The notes beneath the pieces were generated by a model that was given only the letters and a program-made list of their open reading frames with translations, ran no database searches and was not told the origin of the DNA. Below, piece by piece: positions 51,596-59,159 of a stretch of DNA of 64,000 nucleotides. Source of the DNA: an uncultured Pseudomonadota bacterium (GTDB lineage: Bacteria; Pseudomonadota; Alphaproteobacteria; JACZXZ01); assembly GCA_963749075.1 (NCBI GenBank), contig CAVVLJ010000021.1, forward strand, positions 448,001-512,000. Reading direction: 5' to 3'. The translations under genes were made by a program, and so were the position numbers. How positions within the stretch are numbered: position 1 is the stretch's first letter; each line of letters starts with the position of its first letter.

Positions 51596-52995
51596 CACGC
51601 AGCACCTGCCTTCTTCTGGTTGGCGAGCGCCGCGAAGGAGACCGGGCGGACGAGCGGACGCGGCGTCATCATCTCCTCGGCGAGCGCAGCACCGTGGAGC
51701 TCGGCGAGGCTCGCGACCGCATGGAGGCAGGTCCTGCCGCCGCACCAGCCCATGCCGGAGCGCACGTTGCGCTTGACCGCGTTGAGCGTGCGGTGCCCGC
51801 CTGCGAAGGTGCTACGCAACTCGCCGAGCGTCACGTTCTCGCAGCGGCACACCGTGGTGTCGTCGGCGGCGAGCGACCAGATGCCGCGCGGCAGTACCAG
51901 CGTCTCGCGGAGTGCGAGCTGGAAGGAGAGCTGCCTCCGCCGCTGCAAGAGCGTCTCGCCGAGCGTGGAGCTGAGTTCCGCGCCATCGTGCCCGGCGCCC
52001 GCCGCCGCCGCGGCGCCCACGATGCGGCCGTCGAGCTCGGCCACCAACGCGCCGCGCAAGGCCGCCCCGTCGCCCGCCACGAAGAGGCCGGGCACCGAGG
52101 TCCGCCCGAACTCGTCGCACCTCGGCAGCCAGCCGCCCGCGAGCGGATCGTGCCGCATCTCGGCGCCGGCCATGGCGGCGAGCTCGCTATTGGCGAGGAA
52201 GCCGTAATTGACGGCAAGGAGATCGCAGGCGATCTCCCGCTCGCTGCCGGCGGCGATGCGGCCGTCGCTGGCGAGGCGTCCTAGGACCACGGCCTCGACG
52301 CGCTCGCGCCCGATGACGCGCAGCGGTACGTAGCCGGTGAGCCGCGGCGCTCCGCTGCGCACGACGGTCCAGGCATAGCGCAGGCCCTCGCCGACGATCT
52401 CGCGGCCGTGCCACAGGCCGCCCGCGTGGCGCAGCATGCGGCTCAAGGGATGCAGCGGGGCGAGCGCCTTGAGCGCCCCGCCCGCGCGCAGGATCTGCGC
52501 CGCCACCACGATCGGCAAGGCGCCGCAGCCGGCGACGACGGCCTGGCGCCCGGGCAGCACGTGCTGCGCCTTGAGCACGGCCTGGGCGCCGCCCGCGAAC
52601 ATGACGCCCGGCGTGGTCCAGCCGGGGAAGGGGACCGCGAGCTCGCGCACGCCGGTCGCCAGCACCACGGCGTCGGCGCGCAGCACCTCGCTCGCATCGC
52701 CCTCGGCCACATGCAGCTCGCCCGAGGGGAAGAGGGCGAAGACGGTGGCGCCCGGACGATAGTCGATGCGCCCGCCGATCTCGGCAAAGCCGTCGAGCAG
52801 CCGGCGCTTGCGCGCGAGCTCGCCTGTCTCGGCGAGCTCGCTCGTGCCGAGCGCCGGATGGCCCTGCCGGTAGATCTGCCCGCCCGGACGCGGGGACTCG
52901 TCGATCAGCGTCACCCGGCAGCCCCGGCCCACGGCCTCGATCGCGGCCGCCATGCCGGCAGGTCCTGCGCCGACGATGACGAGCGTGCGCGCCAT
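51595..52995 (-). CDS. NAD(P)/FAD oxidoreductase with BFD-like [2Fe-2S] (opine oxidase A / HcnB-like)
   Basis: GAGPAG, PGGQIYR, VCRCENV, GMGWCGGRTC and PRPLVRP motifs. Confidence 0.88.
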   Translation of the reverse strand: MARTLVIVGAGPAGMAAAIEAVGRGCRVTLIDESPRPGGQIYRQGHPALGTSELAETGELARKRRLLDGFAEIGGRIDYRPGATVFALFPSGELHVAEGDASEVLRADAVVLATGVRELAVPFPGWTTPGVMFAGGAQAVLKAQHVLPGRQAVVAGCGALPIVVAAQILRAGGALKALAPLHPLSRMLRHAGGLWHGREIVGEGLRYAWTVVRSGAPRLTGYVPLRVIGRERVEAVVLGRLASDGRIAAGSEREIACDLLAVNYGFLANSELAAMAGAEMRHDPLAGGWLPRCDEFGRTSVPGLFVAGDGAALRGALVAELDGRIVGAAAAAGAGHDGAELSSTLGETLLQRRRQLSFQLALRETLVLPRGIWSLAADDTTVCRCENVTLGELRSTFAGGHRTLNAVKRNVRSGMGWCGGRTCLHAVASLAELHGAALAEEMMTPRPLVRPVSFAALANQKKAGAA

Positions 52996-53252
52996 CAGAC
53001 GAGGCCCTCCTGGCGCCGCACCAACATGCCCGGCCTCGCCTCGGTCATGCAGGCGCGGGTGTCGGCGCTGCCGTCGACGCTCAAGCGGCACTCCCAGCAG
53101 AAGCCGATGCCGCAGACCGCACCCTTGGGGTTGCCCGCCTCGTCCGTGCGCAGCCAGCGCTCTCCGGCAGCGATCAGCGCCGCCGCGACGCTCTGGCCCT
53201 GGCGCGCGGTCACCGCCCGGCCCTCGAAGGAGAATTGGAACGTGCTGGACAT
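52995..53252 (-). CDS. (2Fe-2S)-binding protein (HcnA-like)
   Basis: GQSVAAAL, CGIGFCWEC and RAC motifs. Confidence 0.88.
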   Translation of the reverse strand: MSSTFQFSFEGRAVTARQGQSVAAALIAAGERWLRTDEAGNPKGAVCGIGFCWECRLSVDGSADTRACMTEARPGMLVRRQEGLV

Positions 53253-53347
53253 GAGTCCCTTGCCGCTGCCCGCCGCCCGCACTCGCGCCAGCGCGTGAGC
53301 GGGGCGCTGCGGGCAGCCATGACGTTCTCGATGCCGGTGCTGGTTCT

Positions 53348-53381
53348 ATTCCTGAGAGGATAACCTGTTCTTGACAGGAAT
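53348..53381. promoter_or_regulatory. candidate operator, copy 1
   Basis: attcctgagaggataacctgttcttgacaggaat; 26/34 match to 55982-56015; ATTCCTG...CAGGAAT inverted ends; contains TTGACA. Confidence 0.65.
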
Positions 53382-53482
53382 TTCACCTCTATGCGACTGT
53401 CTTGTCAATCGCTGATTGCCGCGCGGCCGTGTTGCCTGCCGCGGCAAGACAAGCAGGAACGGGACTGCAACAGGAGGGCATC

Positions 53483-54310
53483 ATGCGTCTTGGCTTTGTC
53501 GCGGCGGTCTTGGCCGCCGTTGTCGGTCTCCATTGCGCGGGCGCCTCGGCCGCTGAGGCGCCCTCCATCTGGAGCGACGTCATGGCGGCGAAGAAGCTCG
53601 TCGCCTGCGTCGTGCCGGCCTATCAGCCCTACTCCTGGAAGGACAAGGATGGAGCTTGGCAGGGTTTCGCCGTCGAGATGGCGAGGGACGTGGCGAAGGA
53701 CCTGCACGTCGAGCCGGTCTTCATCGAGACCAGCTTCAAGACCGTCGTGCTCGACCTGCAGAGCGCCAAGTGCCATGTCTTCTTCGGCTTCAATGCCACG
53801 CCGGAGCGGGCACTTGCCATCGACTTCGCGGGTCCCCTCTACACGCTCGGCTTCCTCGCCCTCGACCGCAAGGGCTGGAAGGCGCCGGGCAACGGCTGGG
53901 CCGACCTCAACAAGCCGGATGACCGCGTCTGCTACTCCATGGGCAACAGCTCGGAGCAGCAGATCAAACGCTTCGCGCCCAAGTCGACGCAAGTGGCGCT
54001 CGGCCAATCGGACGACTGCGTGCTCGCCATCCTCTCCGGCCGGGTCGACACCTACATCGACGGCGTCATGGGCATCCTCGGCGCCAAGCAGAAGAACCCC
54101 GACTTGGGCCAGGTCCGCATGCTGACGCCGCAATATGCGCTGCCGTCCTATGCCGGCATGCGGCTCGACTCCGACGGACGCTTCCAGAAGTTCCTGCAGC
54201 GCTGGTCGGAGTACAACCGGGCCAACGGCAACATCACCCAGTGGCTGCTGCATTCCATGGCGAGCGTCGGCATCGATGTGAGCACGCTTCCTCCGGAGAT
54301 CCAGTTCTGA
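53483..54310 (+). CDS. polar amino acid ABC substrate-binding protein
   Basis: Signal peptide, YQPYSWKD, LDLQSAK and TPERALAIDF; paralog of 62727-63554. Confidence 0.85.
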   Translation: MRLGFVAAVLAAVVGLHCAGASAAEAPSIWSDVMAAKKLVACVVPAYQPYSWKDKDGAWQGFAVEMARDVAKDLHVEPVFIETSFKTVVLDLQSAKCHVFFGFNATPERALAIDFAGPLYTLGFLALDRKGWKAPGNGWADLNKPDDRVCYSMGNSSEQQIKRFAPKSTQVALGQSDDCVLAILSGRVDTYIDGVMGILGAKQKNPDLGQVRMLTPQYALPSYAGMRLDSDGRFQKFLQRWSEYNRANGNITQWLLHSMASVGIDVSTLPPEIQF

Positions 54311-54418
54311 GGGGGGTGCCTTTGCCGCCCGGCACGGGTCTTTGAGGGGATTGCTTTTGCTTCGGCCGATACGGCCGACGGCCTGGGATTTGATGCGGCC
54401 AGTTGATAGAATGATCTT

Positions 54419-54682
54419 ATGGAGCCGGCCCGGTTACGCCTCGCACTCCTGCTGATCGTCATGGCCCCTGCGGCGGCGTCCGGTGGACGGTTCCGCGGCG
54501 GAAGGAAGAAGAGACGAGACCGATGGTTTGGGCTCGAGGATCGTCCTGATTTTCGTGATTTCAGGATTTGGTGGCACCGGTATGGAAAAGACAAGAACGG
54601 CGGCAGAGATATTGAAAGCCGAGAGGAAGGCGAACGGCTCATTGACGAATGGCTCAAGGCGGGAGCGCCGAGACGGAAGTGA
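54419..54682 (+). CDS. small hypothetical protein resembling a polymorphic-toxin C-terminal tip
   Basis: WFG...DFRIWWHRYGK..GGRDI...EW..GAP; lower-GC insert; start uncertain. Confidence 0.4.
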   Translation: MEPARLRLALLLIVMAPAAASGGRFRGGRKKRRDRWFGLEDRPDFRDFRIWWHRYGKDKNGGRDIESREEGERLIDEWLKAGAPRRK

Positions 54683-54701
54683 GAAGCAAGGCAAAGTGGC
54701 T

Positions 54702-55205
54702 ATGCGACGCACGCAAATGGACGAGGCGATCGATTCCGGAGACGAGGGGCGCGTGATCGAGGCTCTTCGGAGCGTAAAGCGCGCTCAAATGAGCGATGAA
54801 GCGATCAGCCGGATCAAGAGCCTGCTGACCAAGACTCGCTCGCCAAGGGTGCGCAACGCCGCGGCGCTCGCGCTTGCCGATTCCCGCATTGCGGGGACAG
54901 ATAAGCTGCTGATCGAATTGCTAAAGCGTCCAAGCACGAAAGGCGCGCGCGGGACATTGCTCTATGCGCTCGAAGAACTGAAGGCGAAAGTTCCGTTGGC
55001 GGTTCTGACAAAAATTATCGCAGACGACACATATGAGGCCCGCGAGGAGGCCCTGGATTTGCTATCCACGCAGGGGAAATTTCCCCATCGCCAGATCGAG
55101 AAGGCCTTGGCCGTCCTGCAGCCGATGACGAGGTCGCAAAAAACGGAAAGGGCCAATGCGGCAAAAGCCGCCATCGAGCTGTTGACGGAAAATACTGGAG
55201 CCTGA
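54702..55205 (+). CDS. HEAT-repeat protein
   Basis: PRVRNAAALALAD, RGTLLYALEEL and YEAREEALDLL helical repeats. Confidence 0.7.
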   Translation: MRRTQMDEAIDSGDEGRVIEALRSVKRAQMSDEAISRIKSLLTKTRSPRVRNAAALALADSRIAGTDKLLIELLKRPSTKGARGTLLYALEELKAKVPLAVLTKIIADDTYEAREEALDLLSTQGKFPHRQIEKALAVLQPMTRSQKTERANAAKAAIELLTENTGA

Positions 55206-55297
55206 GCGTCTCGCTCCTTGCGCCGTCGGAAAGGTCCGCGCGATCCTTTATTTCGTAGCCTCTGAACCATGCCGCAGATACGGCGCATTTTGCCGCT

Positions 55298-55951
55298 CTA
55301 CCCCCCCATGCCGCCGAGGAAGCAGAGCACCGAGATATAGCGCACGGGCGTCTTGAGGAGCTCTTCGGGGCCGTGCGGGACGTCGGCCTGGAAGAGCAGC
55401 GAATCGCCGGGCGACATGCGATAGGTCCGCGTGCCGTGGCGGTAGCTGAGCTCGCCCTCGAGCACGTAGATGAACTGCGTCCCGGCGCGGTGGAGGAAGG
55501 GCAGCACCTGCGAGCTGTCGGTGTAGGTCATGAGGTAGGGCTCGACCGCGATGCCCTTGGCGGTCGTCTGGCCGAGCACCCAGTACTCGTGCTCGATGCT
55601 CATGCCGCTGCGGTGCACGCGGGTACCTTCGCCGGCGCGCACGAAGGCCGCATCGCTCACGTCGTCGAATTCCCGGAAGAGCGTGGTGACGGGCACCTGC
55701 AAGGCGCGCGAGACGGCGCGGATGCTGGCGAGCGAGGGCGAGATGGCGCCGTTCTCGATCTTCGACACCATGCCCGGCGAGAGGCCGGCGCGGCGCGCCA
55801 GCTCCGAGATGCCGACGCCGGTGCGCTTGCGGAACTCGCGCACCACCTGGCCGAGCGAGGCCTCGAGCTGATTGTCGCGCGGCGCGCGGCGCTGGGCGCG
55901 TCCGCTCCGCCCTCGGACGGTCCCGGCTTGGCTCTTTCGCGGCTTGGGCAT
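55298..55951 (-). CDS. XRE-family HTH plus cupin transcriptional regulator
   Basis: ELARRAGLSPGMVSKIENGAISPSL, FIYVLEG...PGDSL and PHGP motifs. Confidence 0.92.
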   Translation of the reverse strand: MPKPRKSQAGTVRGRSGRAQRRAPRDNQLEASLGQVVREFRKRTGVGISELARRAGLSPGMVSKIENGAISPSLASIRAVSRALQVPVTTLFREFDDVSDAAFVRAGEGTRVHRSGMSIEHEYWVLGQTTAKGIAVEPYLMTYTDSSQVLPFLHRAGTQFIYVLEGELSYRHGTRTYRMSPGDSLLFQADVPHGPEELLKTPVRYISVLCFLGGMGG

Positions 55952-55981
55952 GTTTCCTCGATGGCGGCCTTGGAGCGGCTA

Positions 55982-56015
55982 TTTCCTGACAAGATAGTTT
56001 GTTCTTGACAGAAAA
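55982..56015. promoter_or_regulatory. candidate operator, copy 2
   Basis: tttcctgacaagatagtttgttcttgacagaaaa between the divergent regulator and the ABC/sox operon. Confidence 0.65.
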
Positions 56016-56143
56016 GCCATGCGCCGCGCTATCTTGCCGACGGCGGATGGAGCGAAGCGCGATTTTCGATCACCGGAGCGGCCGCTAGCAAGTGCCATTC
56101 CCTCGGCGCAGCGCGCCGCCGGCAGCAGAGGGCCAGGCATGAA

Positions 56144-56806
56144 ATGACCGGTTACCATTGGGACTTCACCGCGGTCGTCCTGCACCCGGCGATGTGGCTC
56201 ACGGGGCTCGTGGTCACCATCGTCTATTCGATCGGGACCATCTTCGGCGGCCTCGTCATCGGCGTCGTCTGCGGCATGCTGCTGCTCAACCGCCATCGCC
56301 TCTTGGTGGCGCCCGTCGACGGCTACGTGCAGCTCTTCCGCTGCACGCCGCTCCTCATCCAGATCGTATGGTTCTACTACGCGCTTCCCGTCGTCATCAA
56401 CGTGGCGATCCCGGCCTGGCTGGCGGCCGGCCTCGGGCTCACCTTCTACATGGGAGCCTTCTCGGCGGAGATCTTCCGCGGCGGCATCATGTCGATCGAC
56501 CGCGGGCAATGGCAGGCGGCACGCGCCATCGGCATGCTGCCGTGGCAGGTGATGTGGCGGGTGATCCTGCCCCAGGCGACGCGGCGGATGCTGCCGCCCT
56601 TCGTCAACCAGTCGGTGCTGCAGCTCAAGAACACCTCGCTCCTCTCGGTCGTGGCCGTGCCCGACCTCATGTACAACGCCTCCCTCATCGTCTCGGAGAC
56701 CTTCCGGCCGCTGGAGGTCTATACCAGCCTGGCCGCCGCCTATTTCGTCATCCTCTATCCGCTGCAAAAGCTCGCCAAGCGATTGGAGCGCCGCGATGAC
56801 CTTTGA
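56144..56806 (+). CDS. amino acid ABC transporter permease
   Basis: FRCTPLLIQ, AEIFRGGI..GQWQAA..IG and LKNTSL motifs. Confidence 0.92.
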   Translation: MTGYHWDFTAVVLHPAMWLTGLVVTIVYSIGTIFGGLVIGVVCGMLLLNRHRLLVAPVDGYVQLFRCTPLLIQIVWFYYALPVVINVAIPAWLAAGLGLTFYMGAFSAEIFRGGIMSIDRGQWQAARAIGMLPWQVMWRVILPQATRRMLPPFVNQSVLQLKNTSLLSVVAVPDLMYNASLIVSETFRPLEVYTSLAAAYFVILYPLQKLAKRLERRDDL

Positions 56807-57590
56807 GGCGGCATCGCCCTCGGCCGGTACCGGCGAGCCGCCGATGATCGAGATCGAGGGGCTGCACAAATGCTACGGCAAGCTCGAGGCGGTGAAGGGT
56901 GCCTCGCTCCGCGTCGGGCGCGGCGAGGCGCGCTTCGTCATAGGTCCTAGCGGCTGCGGCAAATCGACCTTGCTCCGCTGCATCAACCTCCTCGAGGAGC
57001 CGACGCACGGACGCATGCGGGTCGGCAAGACGAGCATCGAGTTCGGCGAGCGGCAGACGCGCATGTCGCTGCGCCAGCAGGCCCGCTTCCGCGCCAACGT
57101 CGGCATGGTGTTCCAGCAGTTCCATCTCTTCCCGCACATGACGGCGCTCGAGAACGTCATGGAGGGGCCGCGCACCGTGAAGCGCCTGCCGCGCGCCGAG
57201 GCCCGCGAGATCGGCGAGGCGCTCCTCGCCAAGGTCGGGCTCGCGGAGAAGCGGGACGCCTATCCGCCCCAGCTCTCGGGCGGCCAGGCGCAGCGCGTGG
57301 CGATTGCGCGGGCGCTCGCCATGTCGCCCGAGGTCGTGCTCTTCGACGAGGTCACCTCGGCGCTCGATCCCGAGCTCGTGGGCGAGGTGCTCGAGGTCAT
57401 CCGCCAGCTCACCGAGGAAGGCATGACGATGGTCGTCGTCACCCACGAGATGGGTTTCGCACGCGAGGTCGCCTGCAACGTGACCTTCATGGACGCCGGT
57501 GCGGTGGTCGAGGAAGGCAGTGCCGAGGAGGTGCTCGACCACGCGACGAACCCGCGGCTCCAGCTCTTCCTCCGCCGCTTCAGGCGCTGA
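56796..57590 (+). CDS. amino acid ABC transporter ATP-binding protein
   Basis: GPSGCGKST, LSGGQAQR, FDEVTSALDPE and THEMGFA motifs. Confidence 0.93.
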   Translation: MTFEAASPSAGTGEPPMIEIEGLHKCYGKLEAVKGASLRVGRGEARFVIGPSGCGKSTLLRCINLLEEPTHGRMRVGKTSIEFGERQTRMSLRQQARFRANVGMVFQQFHLFPHMTALENVMEGPRTVKRLPRAEAREIGEALLAKVGLAEKRDAYPPQLSGGQAQRVAIARALAMSPEVVLFDEVTSALDPELVGEVLEVIRQLTEEGMTMVVVTHEMGFAREVACNVTFMDAGAVVEEGSAEEVLDHATNPRLQLFLRRFRR

Positions 57591-57609
57591 AGCGGCGACG
57601 GCGGCGGCG

Positions 57610-58866
57610 ATGCGGCGCTACTCGATCTTCAGCCTCTTGCGCAACGCGGTGAGCTATCACCGGGACTGGCCCGCGGCCTGGCGCAGCCCCGATCCCAAGC
57701 CCTCCTACGACGTGATCATCATCGGCGGCGGCGGGCACGGCCTCGCGAGCGCCTATTACCTCGCCAAGGAGCACGGCATCACAGAGGTGGCCGTGCTGGA
57801 GAAGGGCTGGATCGGCGGCGGCAACACCGGGCGCAACACCACCAACGTGCGCTCCAACTACATCCTGGCAGAGAACTCCCACTTCTACGAGTTCTCCTTG
57901 AAGCTGTGGGAGCAGCTCAGCGCCGATCTCAACTTCAACGTCATGTTCAGCCAGCGCGGCGTGCTCATCACCGCGCACTTCGACGCCCAGACCCAGGCGC
58001 TCCTCAGGCGCGGCAACGGCATGCGGGTGCACGGCATCGACGCCGTCTTCCTCTCCCGCGAGGAGATGCGGCGGAAGGTGCCGATCCTCGACTTCTCGGC
58101 AAGCGCGCGCTTCCCGGTGACGGGCGGCCTCTTGCAGCCGCGCGCGGGCACGGCGCGCCACGACGCGGTCGCCTGGGGCTTCGCGCGCGCGGCCGACGCG
58201 CGCGGCGTCGACATCATCCAGAATTGCGAGGTGACCGGCATCCGCACGGCGGCCGGACGCGTGGCAGGCGTCGAGACCACGCGCGGCTTCATCGCCGCGC
58301 GCAAGGTCGGCATCGCGGTCGCCGGCCATTCGAGCCAGGTGGCAGCGCTCGCGGGCCTGCGCCTTCCCATCGAGTCCCATCTCCTCCAGGCCATGGTCAC
58401 CGAGCCGGTCAAGCCGCTCCTCAACGTCTCGCTCTCCTTCGGCGCGGGGCACTTCTACACGAGCCAGACCGACAAGGGCGAGCTCGTGATGGGCGGCGAT
58501 CTCGACGGCTACAACTCCTACGCCCAGCGCGGCAACCTGCCGATGGTCGAGCACGTCGCCGCCGCCGCGGTCACCGCCTGCCCGTGCTTGAGCCGGCTGC
58601 GCATCATGCGCCACTGGGCCGGCATCATGGACATGACGATGGACGGCAGCCCGATCATCGCCAAGACGGCGGTCGAGGGCCTCTATCTCAACGGCGGCTG
58701 GTGCTACGGCGGCTTCAAGGCGACGCCCGGCTCGGGCTGGGTCTTCGCCCATACGATCGCGCAAGACCGGCCGCACGCGCTGAATGCGCCCTACAACCTC
58801 GAGCGCTTCGCGCGCGGCTATACGATCGACGAGCGCGGCGCCGGGCCTTACCCGGCGCTCCATTGA
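57610..58866 (+). CDS. soxB: sarcosine oxidase beta subunit family
   Basis: IGGGGHGL, GGNTGRNT, ARHDAVAWG and GGFKATPGSG motifs. Confidence 0.9.
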   Translation: MRRYSIFSLLRNAVSYHRDWPAAWRSPDPKPSYDVIIIGGGGHGLASAYYLAKEHGITEVAVLEKGWIGGGNTGRNTTNVRSNYILAENSHFYEFSLKLWEQLSADLNFNVMFSQRGVLITAHFDAQTQALLRRGNGMRVHGIDAVFLSREEMRRKVPILDFSASARFPVTGGLLQPRAGTARHDAVAWGFARAADARGVDIIQNCEVTGIRTAAGRVAGVETTRGFIAARKVGIAVAGHSSQVAALAGLRLPIESHLLQAMVTEPVKPLLNVSLSFGAGHFYTSQTDKGELVMGGDLDGYNSYAQRGNLPMVEHVAAAAVTACPCLSRLRIMRHWAGIMDMTMDGSPIIAKTAVEGLYLNGGWCYGGFKATPGSGWVFAHTIAQDRPHALNAPYNLERFARGYTIDERGAGPYPALH

Positions 58867-58883
58867 GTAGGGTCTCTCAAGCG

Positions 58884-59159
58884 ATGCTGATCCCCTGCCC
58901 CCACTGCGGCCTGAGACCCCACGCGGAGTTCGTCTACGGCGGCGACGGCGGGCTCGTGCGACCCGCCGACCCGGCCGCCGCGACGGACGCGGCCTGGCAC
59001 GACTATCTCTACGTCCGCGCCAATCCCTGCGGCGTCCACCGCGAGCACTGGCATCACAGCTTCGGCTGCGAGCAGTGGATCGCGGTCGAGCGCGACACGC
59101 TCTCGCACCGCATCGCCGCCACGGCACCGCTTCCGGCACGGGAGCGCCCGCAGCGATGA
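58884..59159 (+). CDS. soxD: sarcosine oxidase delta subunit
   Basis: IPCPHCG.R...EF.YGG and EHWHH..GC..W....RDT motifs. Confidence 0.9.
   Translation: MLIPCPHCGLRPHAEFVYGGDGGLVRPADPAAATDAAWHDYLYVRANPCGVHREHWHHSFGCEQWIAVERDTLSHRIAATAPLPARERPQR

Noticed and set aside
50450-53252. Hydrogen cyanide synthase hcnABC
   Set aside because: Same families as opine and D-amino acid oxidases; the transporter context favours catabolism and specificity cannot be read from sequence.
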